A stretch of 64,000 bases of DNA from Chrysomallon squamiferum (Eukaryota; Animalia; Mollusca): NCBI GenBank assembly GCA_012295275.1, contig CM022677.1:25792001-25856000 (forward strand). The letters are read 5' to 3'. The position numbers and the translations under genes are program-made. Every line of letters begins with the position of its first letter. Within the stretch, counting starts at the first letter, position 1. The notes beneath the pieces were generated by a model, which searched no databases, was not told where the DNA came from, and saw nothing but the letters and a program-made list of their open reading frames with translations. Positions 1-15,454 of the stretch are shown here, one piece after another.

Positions 1-329
1 GACGAAATGACGTCACGAATACAGAGGAAGTCTTCACGACCTTACCAAACCTTTTGAATATAAATAATTGGTTACTTTGACATGGCACATAATTTTAGAA
101 CAAACATTTTTTTTTTTTTTAAATGAAAAAATAAAAAACAAAAATATTTAAATCAGATAAATCAGACGAATTGAAATTTGAAAGTTTGTTTACAAGATGG
201 ACTTATATTGGATGGACGTTTAATTTCTTACATCAGGTGATTCGAGCTGACTTCTTTTAAAAAATTAAAAAACGACATTAGAATATTCGGAAAATGTTAT
301 ATAATAATAAATTGTAATAATAAAATGAG

Positions 330-661
330 CATCAAAAAATCTCAGTACCTCAATTTTATAGTACAAACTCTTTTCAAATCTTAATTTTCTTGACAAAAAA
401 AAACAAAAAAAAACGATTTACTGCCTTTTATGAAAATTTGACTTTTCGCTTTGGCTATTACGTCATTAGATACCGTAATCAATACTTTCAGTACTGGAAA
501 GTAACCTCCGGAAAGGACATCTGACCCCACACACACATACTTTTTAAAAACAGAGCATGTGACCCTCATATTGAAAGAATTGTCATCTGACTACATGTAC
601 TCCTGAACAAAAATACAGCGTCTGCAAGTGGCGTATCTCAAAAATTACAACAACAACAACA

Positions 662-719
<58 letters not shown>

Positions 720-1280
720 TTAAACAATTATTTTAAGCAAAAGCATAGTTGAAATAAATATCAGTTTCCAAGACAAACGCAGGATTAAACTTTTATAATA
801 AATTAAGGAACGAGACATTTTTACCTCTTTTTTATAGGATTAACAGTTCTTGATTTTTTTTTTTTTTTTTTTTGTTAACATCGAAAACAAAACAAAAACG
901 GTTTATTATTGGTTTTGAACTGTTACGTCATTAGATAACGTCATCACTTGAAGCACATGACGCACTATTTATTACCATTCGACCGTTATCAATTAAACTT
1001 GATCTCATTAGCATCAGCGAGTCAGTGTCAGTATTAGTGAGCTTTGTCTAAACACAGGTACAACTTTGTTTACATTTTTCTCTCACAATGTCTTCGTGTT
1101 TTTTGTGAGGGAGGTTATTATTGTTTTTTTTTATATGTTTTTTTGTTTGTTTGTTTATTTTTGTTGTTTTTTTAATCACTTCATTTAAGGTTTTATTATC
1201 ACGACGACCATTTATTTATTTATTATTATTACTATTACTATTATTATTATTACTATTATTATTATTATTATTATTATTAC

Positions 1281-1355
<75 letters not shown>

Positions 1356-1526
1356 TACTATTATTATTATTACTATTATTATTATTATTATTATTATTAC
1401 TATTATTATTATTATTATTATTACTATTACTATTATTATTATTATTATTATTATTACTATTATTATTATTATTACTATTACTATTATTATTATTACTATT
1501 ATTACTATTATTATTATTACTATTAC

Positions 1527-1608
<82 letters not shown>

Positions 1609-1920
1609 TATTGTTTGTTTCTTTGTTTGTATTTTTGTTTGCTTATTTTTTCGCGATTCATTAAAATTATTTATAGCCGCATTAATAAAAGGACACACAC
1701 ACACACACACATAGATTAGATATATAGATATATATATATACACACAATTTTAAAGCTTTAAACAAATTTCTTTTACAGAGAAAAGCATGTGTAATCGATT
1801 GCAAATAATTTAAAATTAAATATTTTATTTTATAAAAAAATGATTTAAATTCGAAGGTTACTGTGCACATGGCGTTCCGCGTTACGTATTTAAAACTTTA
1901 TTATTTTAAAAAGGCGCGAG

Positions 1921-1958
<38 letters not shown>

Positions 1959-4077
1959 ACAATTTAAAACCCTGACTAGTACTCTTTACTGATTGGCTGA
2001 TTGGCTGTATACTCTACGATGGTCTTTTCAGGAGAGGTGGGGGTCATCACCTTAGAGAAAGTTATCCTATTTAAAACATTCTACCAAACTTCCCCTGTTC
2101 GTACACAGAATTGTTTTAATAAAATACTGATTTAATATGTTGTAGCAGTAACGTTAAAAAAAAATAATAATAACAACATCAACTGAATTATTTTTAAAAA
2201 TTAATTAAGTCCATAACTGAAATAACGGTAGACAAAAAAAAAAAATAAAAAAAAAAACATTAAAGAAAAATAGAGATCACTGTTACAGTGAGAAATAAAA
2301 CAAAAAGAACATCTTGTAGGTTTTTAACCTTTGTTTGATGGGATTCACTGTCTTAAATTCTTAATTTTATAGCAAGAAACGTTTTACTGCTTCAAAGAAA
2401 AAATATTCTTTGTCATCTGAATTATTTTAAAAATTTGAAAAAAACAAAACAACATTTTTTTTTTTTTTTTTTTAAGCGCGCATTTCAGAAATAACAGCAG
2501 ACACAAATACGCAAAATTACTTCCATAAAAACAGGGATGCTTAGAAAAATTAACTATTAATAATGAAGTGATCCCTTCATTAATGCGGTTATCTAATCAA
2601 AGGTGAGAAGCAATTATTCTAAAAATAATAATAATAATAATAATAATAATAATCATAATAATCAATAATAAAAAAAAAAAAAAAAAAGAAGAAAGAAAAG
2701 TGTCATCACATTTGATATTATCCTGATGTCCAGTACACTGGTCAAACTCTGAAATTAGTTTATCCCTAATGGTGGGGCGTGTAATAAAAAAAGCGACAAC
2801 TTTCTATTTTAAAGCTGTGAAAAAAATATATATATATATATTCTTTTACAGATCAATTTAAATTAAACATTTTATTTTATAAAAATAAAACAAAATAATT
2901 TAAATACGAATGAAGGTTACTGTACTCATGGCGTTCCGAGACACGTATATAAAGTTTTATTATTTTTGAAAAGGAGAAAAAAAAAATAATAATAATAAAA
3001 ATTACGAAGAAAATAAGAGAAACGAAAATGTAAACAAAGTTTCCACATCTCTGACTAATACTCTTCACTGATTGGCTGATGCTGAAAAACTATATATTCG
3101 TCTGCTTGAAGTAGCATCACTGAAGCAAATGTTTTTGTTTTTTTCTGTTGAATGTATTGTATCAAAATTTACCTATTCGTAAACAGAATTGTTTTGATAA
3201 AAATCACTATGTTACACCAAAATAAATAATATCAACCAAATTATGATAAATATTCGAAAAGAACATTATTTTAAGCAAGTGCACAACTCAAATAACACTA
3301 GATTAAAAATGGTACCAAATTATAAAAAAGAAAATAATTTTTAAATAAATACACAATTAAGATATACTGTTACAATAAGAAATAAAACAATGGGGAAAAA
3401 GTTACCTCTGTTCTGTAGTATTCACTGTCTTATAGTCTTAATTTTATAACTAAAAAGCAGTATATTTCTTCAATTAAGAATTTGACTTTTGGCTTTACCA
3501 GTTACGTCAGTGGAAAACGTCATTAGTATAGCACGCGCGCATAATTAATTTTCATCTCATTAGCATCAACCAATCAGCAATCAGTATTAGCGTGTCAGAA
3601 AAGTACAAGGAAACTGTGTTTACATGTATGTGTGACCACATAATTATTATTTTTATTATTATTATTATTATTATTATTACTACTACTACTACTACTGGTA
3701 CTATTTATTTTATTTTATTTTATTACGTCATGCAAACTATTATGATCATGATAGTAACATTTTTTCGGGTTTTTGTTGTTGTTGTTGTTGTTGTTGTTTT
3801 TTTCCAAAAAAAAAAAAAAAATATATGTTCCATTTTATGGCAGCTAAGTTTAAAAACAATTAGAGAGATGATATCGGAAGGTAATAACCGCACTAATCAA
3901 GGGATTAATATATATATATATATATATTTTTTATTCGTATATGTTCAAATTGCATACAAATGAAAAATAATGAAATCAAATAAAATAATAATAAAAAGTG
4001 AGAGCCGTACATTTATGATATTAAAACCAATATCACATACACACATGCAAAGATAGAGATAGATAGATAGATAGATT

Positions 4078-4124
<47 letters not shown>

Positions 4125-4400
4125 TACGACCAAAATAATTTCAGTTCAAAAATTCATATTAAAAGTTTTAATTTTTAAGCATATCTATAGCCAAGAATTA
4201 TTGTTATTATTATTTTCTTTTTCTTCTTCTTGAGGTTTAACTGTTCCTACAAAACATTTTAAATGCAGCAAATTTTACCTCTGTTTCCTAGAATGAAATT
4301 TCTTAAATTCGTAATCTTCTCATATAAAAACGGTTTATTGCCTTGCAAAATATTTGAATTTTGATTTTGCCTATGACGTCATTAATAACGTCATTGTTTT
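330..4400. mobile_element. Cluster of degenerate related repeat modules with ~60-70 nt imperfect inverted repeats (MITE-like remnants)
   Basis: 1850-2400 resembles 2910-3470; 720-1080 resembles 3260-3630; RTTACGTCATTARATAACGTCA-like motif at ~457, 923, 3502, 4372; 3026-3085 is an imperfect inverted repeat of 3556-3625. Confidence 0.45.
1220..1610. repeat. (ATT/ACT)n microsatellite
   Basis: Direct reading; source of the poly-L and poly-N ORFs. Confidence 0.98.
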
Positions 4401-4604
4401 CAATACGGTACTGTCGGCTCCAGAGTTTGGGAGGCACCAAAGCTAGAAATCAGATCCCATGTAAGCATTTTTACCAAATTAAAAAATGCGGAGTGAATCT
4501 TTTAACTGTTTAATAACGTTTTGTTTTGATTTCTTAATTTTGTTTAAATAAAAAAAAAATCCATGCAAATATATAGCAGAAATCATCTTTCATTTATTTT
4601 AACG

Positions 4605-4645
<41 letters not shown>

Positions 4646-6155
4646 GGAAATAATTGTTACCCATGGCAAAAAGTAGCCTGTGATGTGTTTGTCAACAAAG
4701 GAGCTCAATACCTAAATACAGCTGATTACTACGACAAAATCCCAGTGGTCCAAAAACTACAAACTACTTCCTTAAAATACATCGACAGTTAAAATCCATA
4801 GTTGCGGAGAATGGAATACGGAAAACCTTGGTTTCGGATAATGTGCCACAGTACAACAGTCGTGAGTTAGCTTCATTCTGCGAATCACGGGGAATCACTC
4901 ACGTGACCAGCTGGCCCCTCTACTCGCAAAGCAATGGATTCGTTGAATGAATAGTACAGACCGTAAAAAACTTACTTAAGAAATCTCAAAGTAACAGACA
5001 AGATCCACATCTGGCCTTATTGGTGAATCGAAACACTCCGATCGACAACAAATTAGCAGCACCAACCAACCTGCGCAACAACAGAGACTATCGAACTCAA
5101 CCACCATCAAGTGACCGTTTACAACTATCGAACTCAACCACCAAAACATCGAAAAAACACCAATGACCGTTTACAACATCTTATGTACCAGCCTCCAGTC
5201 AGATAATTCAAATCTTGAACAGTTTCCTCGGAACATCGCCAAAAAACATCAAAAACATCAATATGACAAAAGATCCAGGAAGTTGAACCACGTCTAAGTG
5301 GTCGTGATAGGAAGTCGACAATTAAAGTTGTATTACAACTCTGTATAATCTAGTGACATGTTAATAAGTAGTCTACGACAATGTGCCAAACCAAGAACAA
5401 GAATGTGACCAAATTAGTCATTATTAATATCAGAACTGACAGTATAAGAAAGTATCCGAGAAACGTCAGATATTAATAGTTTATTATTTTATTATTTTGA
5501 ACTTCAAATTCTTAAACAGTTTTATGTTTTGAAACATTTTTTTAATATAAGCTAATTGTTCTACAGTTGGTACAGCATTTAAATGCAAGTATATCAATTA
5601 AGAGTATCTAGTATTCTTTTTTTTTTTTTCATTTTTTTTTTTTTTTCTTCTTCTTTTTTTCTTTCTCTAAAAGTGAAGTGTATTAATTGTAACAACTACG
5701 GTACTGACAGGTTCATGCCAGGCGTGCAGCGTTGACTACGACCGGACCCTGGATGGTCCCAGACACAGTGTGACGAGTGAATAAAACAAATTACTCATGC
5801 TATGCCATTAGTCAGCTTCACACACAAAGCGCAGAACAGCGCAAACAGTGTTTACTGAATGAAGCATTCTGCAGTTTAAACCATTCACTGAAAACTTGAA
5901 ACATACCTTTCTCCACTGCTGTCTGTTGTACAGAGTTCTTCTGTTCCCGAGACAGTTCTGTCCTTCTACTTGATTTACTTTTCAATCAGTTATCTTTCTT
6001 TTTGCAAGGATGAATGTGTTCAGTGATCTTGTGGGTTCCAAATGATTTCTTTCACTGTTTGTACTGTTTTCTTTTATTCGCCAACAATGGGAACATCAGC
6101 AACTAACCAAATGAAAATGAAAACAGCATAGGTGGAATTTTTCATCAGAAGTGTT

Positions 6156-6502
6156 GATCCATTCAACAAGCGTATCTGTCAGGTACTGTCCTGTCTGTGT
6201 TAGTGACCCATTCAACAAGCGTATCTGTCAGGTACTGTCCTGTCTGTGTTAGTGATCCATGCAACAAGCGTATCTATCAGGTACTGTCCTGTCTGTCTTA
6301 GTGATCCATTCAACAAGCGTATCTGTCAGGTACTGTCCTGTCTGTGTTAGTGACCCATTCAACAAGCGTATCTGTCAGGTACTGTCCTGTCTGTGTTAGT
6401 GATCCATGCAACAAGCGTATCTATCAGGTACTGTCCTGTCTGTGTTAGTGATCCATTCAACAAGCGTATCTATCAGGTACTGTCCTGTCTGTGTTAGTGA
6501 TC
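6156..6502 (+). repeat. 49-nt minisatellite x7
   Basis: Unit GATCCATTCAACAAGCGTATCTGTCAGGTACTGTCCTGTCTGTGTTAGT. Confidence 0.95.
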
Positions 6503-8366
6503 TAATTTCGAATCGTGTCTAAGTTGCACGTGATAAACAAGTTTACTAAGTTAGATATATGCGGTACAAATACATTAAAACACGAAGATGGACGATAGGA
6601 CCAAGTCCCGTTTGTCGACAATTCGGTACAGAACAGTGATAATGGATGATATACCGGTTAACAATGCAAAGGAAGCGATTTGATTCAGAACAAATAATCA
6701 AAAGTGCATGTTCCTAGGTAAATGTGGCTGAAAGTTATTGCCAATTTGCCGATATCTACATTAGATCTATTCTTTAATTTAGAAATTTGAACTGTGATTG
6801 CACTAATTGTCATTTGTCGAATAAGCTCTGCTGGCCAACCACATGAAGGTGCAGATCTTGTTTAGTTACGTCAGACCTTTAATAAACGACTTTCTTAACA
6901 ACAAGGTTTCACTTCTAGTTAACAAGATTCCAGATCATAAATATTTGGTCGACGACATGTCAACGATAACATAACGACAGCTTCGGGAACATTAGCTCCT
7001 GTTTTATTATACGTCACACACAGATAAATTTATGCATGCGTTTATCTTTTAATAATACACACATGCGTATATACATGTTATTTATTTCACCATTTTTTTA
7101 AGTATTACACCTGTCTAGGAAGGATCGCGGGGCAATCACCTTTCGCAAATTCGAACATAATTTTTTTTTTTTTTTTTATCTTTATTGTTAGAAACAGAAA
7201 GAGCCAATGACTTTCATAGACAGATAAAACTCGTTTCAATAAAGTTCAAACCAGACGATTTTCTTCACCTTCCTGATCAATATTTCAGGAGCGTTTTCCC
7301 AGAGATGTCGGTTGTTAGATTTGTAACGATGTCGTAAAATGGCGCTGATGACAACATCGCGACTGTTAGCCAAAAGTGTCGATTACTTGCCGTTACGATG
7401 TACTCATTAGACAGCGTGCATTGCGTGCAGTGATGTGAAGAAAACAAAATGTTTAACAGATGTAGCTGTTTATACGTATTTTGTTGAATAAACTGTGCAT
7501 TATTGCAGACTAATTATTACAACAACTATTATTTAACTTTCTATTGTGCCCTTTTGCTGTATTTTGTGCTTGAATAAGTCAACAACAAATCTGATCAAAC
7601 ATTTTCTGAATGTTGTTATAATAATAATAATAATCATAATAATCATAATAATAATAATAACATTCTGACTGCACAATGTATATATATATATATATATATA
7701 TATATTTTTAACATATATAAAATATAAATATTCATGATATTTACATATATACTCACTTGCAAAGCATACAAAGTCAAAGTTTTATTACAGCTAACAGTGT
7801 CATGCATAAAATTACGTTCGTTTCTTTGAAAACTGTTTCTCTCATCCAGGTGTTAATGTGCAATCTTCAGATGTTTTTATAAAACCAGCTGACGTATGAA
7901 ATTATCTAAATGCATAACAACAAGAGACTCGGAACGCAGAAAGGCTATTGTAAACAGTGTATATTGTCTCTAACAACAGTTATGGAAACGACAACTGTTT
8001 CAAATGTTACGTTCTTATATACAAATAAATGTTTGCAACCAATAAAACGTCCGAAGAACTTGATTGTAATCGTTTTCGTGGACAACAAATAAACCTCTCA
8101 AAGAATATGCTTTAATTTAAAATAAACAGAAAACTTCTTGAAGTGTATAACGAAATAAATCGAAAAATTACTCCTTTTTCTAAATTGTATTATTAAATAA
8201 CTGTACATCAGCATGTGCAGAAGTTCCTATAGAACATTATAATGAAAACTGCATGTTCCTAAGTAAGCGTGGCTGACAAATCCAAGAAGATGTTCCAAAA
8301 CGACGTCCAAGATTTCGTAGCCAGGAACTGTAAGCATCAGCGGATGATGCTAATGATCATGTAAGT

Positions 8367-8426
<60 letters not shown>

Positions 8427-9329
8427 GAGTTCTTAATGAAGTATTTATTATTAAATATTTCCTATGGGAATTTTGTTTGTTTGTTTGTTATGGGTTTTTT
8501 TTTTTCATTGTTGTTCTTATTTTATTTTATTTTATTTTATTTAAAAAAGAGTTCTTAATGTTGTATTTATTATTAAATATGTCCTATGTGTATTTTTCTT
8601 TTTCATTGTTGTTTTTATTTTATTTTATTTATTTTTCATTTATTTTCATTTTATTGTTGTTGTTGTTGTCGTTATTATTATCATTATTTATTAATGTATG
8701 TTTATATTTTATTTTCTTCATCATCTTACTTTTTTTTCTTCTTTTTTTTTTTTTCTTCTTCATATTTTTCTTCTTGCTGTTTTGTTTTGTTTATATTATT
8801 TATTTACATTGTTTCAGTTTTATTTTCATTTCGTGGTTTACTGAGTGGCGCGCTATTCAGTCATCTGATGACGAAATATAAACGTAAACGTCCGTTTGAC
8901 GTAACTAACCGTTATTTCTTAAACAACACAAAAACAAAAAACAACTGAAAATAACAGTCAAGGGAGTTAATACAATTTTTAATAGTAAGAAGTTTTTAAT
9001 ATTTTTCTAAAAAGAAGTAAAACTGCTAATCCAGTTCAGTTTGGACCGCATCAGCTACTGAAGTAAGTTACTGTCTACACAACATCCCTCACGTGCTACA
9101 AATATCTGTGTGCGTGTGTGCGTGTGTGCGTGCGTCTGTGTTAACCATATTTGGATGTTTTTATATCAGTTCGTGCAGTGGTTTTCTCGTCGTTCTGTTT
9201 TATTTATTTATTTATAGATTATAGATCTCTGTTTGTTGTTGTTGTTGTTAGTAGTAGTAGTAGTAGCAGTAATGTATGAGGTATGTCAGAAAAGTCACTG
9301 GAAAGAAGAAGAACAACAACAACAATGAC

Positions 9330-9386
<57 letters not shown>

Positions 9387-10992
9387 TAAGAGAAAGAAGA
9401 AGGACATTTAAAAAGATGTTCATTATCATTTAGTTAATAATATAATAAATATAATAATAATAAAACTCGCTAACAGCTGCGCGTTCAACACACAGCAAAC
9501 ATTTAATTCACTGAAGTAGAATAAAACTAAGCATCCAATCAAATGTCAGTGTAACGATCAGGTGACCTATCGCGAGCCAATTATGGTTTGTTTACAGTAC
9601 ACTGCGTCAAATGATTGTCCCAAAACAGTACGCGTTCAATAGCTTTTGTTATTATTACGTCACAAAAATGTTTTTATTCACGAAAATAAAAAATAAAAAA
9701 CGGACGAATAACAACGGATTTTGGTAGCTACTGTAATTTTCTGTTAAAAATTAGACACGCCCTTCTCAACAAATTGACATCATATTCCACATGCATGCCA
9801 TAAAAATATACTGAAGTACTGCAACGGTTTCAAAAGATTTATCGTTTTAATAGGTGGATCATATGTCTGTTGTTGTTTTTGTTGTTGTTGTTGTTTTTAA
9901 GAACTTCTTTTCCACACTGTTGTTCTGTTGACACACACAGACACAGACACACACACACATATATATATATATATACATATATGCACACATATATAAAAGA
10001 TCATTATCCATAAAGAGTGATATTTTAAGCAAAATGTAATATAGAGCTAAATATAATTTTTATTAGTAGGACAGATATGTGAGAAATACGTTCACTTCTG
10101 ACATGAAGCAGAAAAACCAATATGGCCACCTCGTACATTCTCTCATACATGCACTGTTCATATACCAAGAGAACAAAAGACATCTAAAGAGAAAACAGAG
10201 TAAGTGAGAATGAAATGTGTAATCAGCAAAATGTACGATTGTTTTGGCGATTTTAAATGAATCGCTATGAAATCAGCAGCAGTATCTTTGGTAAGAGTGA
10301 TAGCAAGATTTAGATGTTTGTAATTCTAGATTTCTTTTTGATTCTGAGCTCGAAACCCTTCTGAACTTAAAATAAAGCAAACATTAAATAATCAAAACAA
10401 CCATTAATTCACTCTGTGTTAGCTGATGTTATGACGAGGTGTCGTTTTGGAGACAATATCAGCGACATTTTCTGTAATGCTGACAAAAGTGTGAAAGAAT
10501 CGGGGTTTGTTTTTCTACTGTTGTTGTTGTTGGTGGTGGTGGTGGTGGTGGTGGTGGTTTTGGTGTTGTTATAGAAGAGTTCAGATTGAGTCTTTTTATA
10601 AATATACGTTATTTCAGTGCTTTCAAATTCTATTCCCAATAACCTATTCAACGAATTGACTCATTTTTTTGCTTGAAAGGCGATTTTTTTTTTTTTTTTT
10701 GTGGGTTTTTTACATTTTTATTTGGTTCTTGGTTTTGTTTTGTTTTTGGTTGTTGTTGTTTTTTGAAGGTTATTATAAATATTTTGATTTTATAGAAGAT
10801 TAAATACAATGTTATGTTCGTAAATTTTGGTTTTCATGTAATAACTCCCTGTTTCCTTGCTTTTGTTTTTGCGAACTATTTTTACATTCCCGTTCTCTCG
10901 ATTTCTGTCTGCCTTCCTAGCATTCTGCCTTTGCGTTTGTCTGTCTATCTGTCTATCCAAAAATGTGTCAAAAATTACATTCAGAAACTTAC

Positions 10993-11336
<344 letters not shown>

Positions 11337-14300
11337 TTTTACACATTTTTAATGAAACTAAAAAGCTCCTTCAGATAAGAAAGCTGCTAAAGTGTGATTG
11401 TATTTGTTTGTTTATTTGTGTGTTTGTTTTTGTGTTTAAGAATGTTTTTGCATTGGTATATTCATGTCTGTGTTTGTATTTCTATGTTTGTTTTTGTTTC
11501 TGTATGTTTATGGGTATGTTTGTTTTCGTATGTTTATGGGTATGATTAAGAGTGTTTGCGTTTGTACGTTTATGTGCGTTTTGGTATTTGTATGCCTATG
11601 TGTGTGGTTCTATTTGTATACTGAGTGTATGTCTTTGTGTCTGTATGTTTAGTGTGTGTGTGTGTGTGTGTGTGTGCGTGCGTGCGTGTGTGTGTTCTAC
11701 AGGACTTTACTAAGGTTTAGTTTATATTATTAATATTATAGTAGTGGTCTTTACTGTACCTTTATTGTAAAAAATAGTTAACGTTTTTATTTTATTTATT
11801 TACTTATTTATATTTGTCTGTTTGTTTGTTTGTTATTTAGTTATTTAGTTATTTATTTATTAATTTATCTATTTATTTATTTTATAATTACTGCTTCAAT
11901 GATTATCTTCTCCCAGCCATTCTCACTGCTTTGTTTTTTTTGCTTGTTTATCTTCTCGTTTATTTATTTTGTCGCTTCCGGTTATTTGTTTATTTCTTTG
12001 TCGGTTTTTTGTTTAGTTTATTTGTTAGTTTGTTCCTTCCTTTTTTCTTTCTTTCTTTTCTTTTCTCTTTCTTTCTTTCTTTCTTTCTTTATTTATTTAT
12101 TTATAAATTTATTTACTTACATATTGCTTTATATATTCTTGTGACTTTTTTTTGCTTGTTGTTTTGTTATACTTTTTTGCATTCTTTTTGTTTTTTCAAC
12201 TGTTATTTTTCTTCTTTTCGTTTTCGTTTTCTTCTTTCTTTAATTCGTCCGTTTATGAGGCTCTTTCTTTATTAACATACATGTTTTTTCGTTGATTTGT
12301 TCCCTAGACGAAAAGAAAAAAACGAAATCAACGAATAACCACTACAAATCGTGTAAACACGTATCAAACTGAGATTGCTGAGAAAGTTAAAAGTCTTCAT
12401 ATAAAGAAGTATCAAGGTAAAACTCAAAAGTATCAGAAAAAAGAAAAACAAACGTAAAACTAAAAACAATCGTAAAAAAGAAAAATCCTTTTACTCAAAT
12501 TATCTCGAACTATCAATTATCTCGAACTATCAATTTTCTAAACTAAATAAAACTCGAAAGAAGAAGAACTATTTCTCGAGATAAAAGAAGAATCGAAAAA
12601 AAGTAAAACAAAAATAAAAAAAAATAAAAAAAAAGAAGAATGGAAAAACCAGAAAAAACCGAAAACCGAAGACAGGTGAAAAATCAAAGAAACAAAGAAA
12701 AAAAAAAAAATAAAAAAAATAATAAGAAAAATCAAATCTCTAAAATGGTTCAAAATTTATTTTATTTTCTTTTTTTACACAAGAAAATTAAAAGAAATAA
12801 AAATCGAAAAAAAGAAAATGGAAAAACGTAAAACGAAGAATAAAGTTAAATGCCTACGTAAATCTTCAACATACAGCTTTCAAAAAACGAAAGGTAAAAG
12901 ACATAAAAAAAACGATAAAAGAAGAATGAAGGTAAAAATTGACAAAAAAAACCTAAAAAATATATTTATAGGTTTCTTATGAACCAAAGTATAAAAAAAT
13001 GTCTTTAAAAAAATTCTATAAAAAGAGGAATGAAAGAACGAAGAAACAAACGAAAATTAAGACGAATGAAGGAAAGAAAGAGCAACCTAAAAATAAGAAG
13101 AATGAAGAAAATAAGAAGAAAGGAATAAACAAGAAGAAATCTAAAAGTTACAGGAATCGGGTAGAAACAAAATGAAACCGAAGACAAGAAGAATGGAAAA
13201 GAGACAAAATATTCTAAAAGTGATACAAATAAACTAAAAAAAAATAAAATAATAATAATAATAATAGAAGTACAAGTAAAAAGAATCGAAAAAAGAAGAA
13301 AACCGAAAATTGGATAAGAAAAATCAGGAATAAAATATTTCTCAAATGTCTAACAGTTCTTATCAGAAGAAACGTTGTGAAAGAAACAAAAATTGAAAAA
13401 AGAAGGATAAAACTAAAAGTCTACGTAAAACTTTAGCTAATAACTTTTTCTTAAAACGACTGGTAAAAGAAATAAAAATCGAAGAAAAAAAAACGAAGCT
13501 AAAAGTGGTGAAAAATCTAAATGTTTATCTATAGGTTTCCTAACAGGCATAGACAAGAAAAAAAGGTTAAGAAAATGGAGAAATGTAGAAGAAAACTAAA
13601 ATGAAGAAGCTGTAATGACAAATTAAGAATAATCGGGAAAAGAAAAAGCAATTCGAAATTAATAAGTAATCTTATACATATTTCATTGTTGTTTCATTGT
13701 TCTTCTTGAGGTTGTTATTTTCGATTGTAATTTTGTTTCAGTATTCACATTATGAGATTTGAAATTAACTTGCAACAACCGCGTCAGTCAATAATGAAAT
13801 AAAATCAGTACGTTTGATAGTAGCTGCTGTTTATAATGTACAGTAACCAGACGTAGGTGTCTTAACCAAACAGATTCAGAAAACACAAACACAAACACAT
13901 GTGTGTGTATTATGTACGTGTGTATTTGTATATATAGATTATACCCACAGTGCATACATAGATACAAAAAACATATGCAATATACACATAGAAGCATTCA
14001 GAGAATCCAAAATATATCTGCAAATACACCAGTCAAGAACATATAGAACATCTGTGATATCAGTCATGGTATACACGGTTTCCATACAAGACAGAATTAT
14101 TCAAAAACAGAATATCCAAATGTCGGGCTGATCAGAAGAGGCACTGAAAATACAACATGGCCGTCTAAACTTCATTGTTTACATTGACTAATTTCAGACT
14201 GTTGTTACCTTTCATAATTAATGAGGTTTAAACAGTGGATCACTCTGCTATTGGAATAACACTCTGCTAGTCTGACACGAAGACAATCACGTGTTTTTCG

Positions 14301-15454
14301 TAGTTCTTTTCTTTCTTTTTCTTTTGTGTTTGTGTGTTTTTGTGTGTCTTTTTTTTTTTTTTTTTTTTATTTTAGCTGCTGCTGTTGTTGTTGTTATTGT
14401 TGTGTCCAAAGGGCTAGACTAAGACTACGCTGAACAATAGTGATTACATGTTACATCCCAGTTGTGAGTCAGCCAAAGGTAATCTCACCTCGTCCTGATT
14501 AAATACATCCTTGTTTTAGTGTGAATACTGAGAAATAAGTAATAAGAATAATTTTATAATGAAATATCAAAGAAATACAAATAAAATATAGAAACTGTTT
14601 CTAATTTAAATAAATCCAAGATGGCGACATGATTCAGCAGACAAAATGATCTGAGAAACGTAGTCAGAGGATGAACTACTATCAGCTCCTAAGAGAATCA
14701 GACGTTACAAATATTTCTCTGAAATTTTCAGGGAATTAAGAATATTTCCTGTAAAATATCACAGCAGGAGTCGCATGGCTATCACTGGCCCTTTTTCCTG
14801 AACCCTTCGTGGTGACCCTTATACATACATAAACAAAACATCTTTAAACCGCTGACTTTGGTGGTATAAATAAATAAATATATAAATAAATAAATAAATA
14901 AATAATAGATAAAGGAAAGAAAGAAGATTTGAATAATAATAAAAATAATAATAATAATTATAATAATAATAATAATAATAATAGTAATAATTTGCAATAA
15001 AGCTACAGTGAAGACCATTACTTCTATAATAATAATACAATTAAACATTAGTAACGTCTATAGAACACACACACACACATACACATAGAAATACACACAC
15101 GTGGACATACTAATACAAACAAATAAATAAATAAATGCAAACAAACAAATAAATAATCAGAAAAATAACATCCGAATAAATACACATAAACATAGAAACA
15201 CAAACACAGACATAAACATACAAATGCAAAAACTCTAAAAGATACAAAACAAACACATTAAACATACAAATACATTAACACACATAAACATACAAATATA
15301 CAGAACTATATAACCATACAAGTACATATAAATAAATAAATAAATAAATAAACAAACAAATAAAACAGTGAATTAGTAAATAAATAAATATATAATATAT
15401 AAATAAGCAAATAAATAAATAAAAGAGTAAAATAGATACAATTTAGTTACCGAC

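Noticed and set aside
1121-1743. Poly-Leu and poly-Asn ORFs
   Set aside because: Translations of the (ATT)n microsatellite.
12200-13700. Lys-rich and Phe-rich short ORFs in an A-rich tract
   Set aside because: Low-complexity degenerate repeat (about 570-nt periodic similarity) without exon signals.
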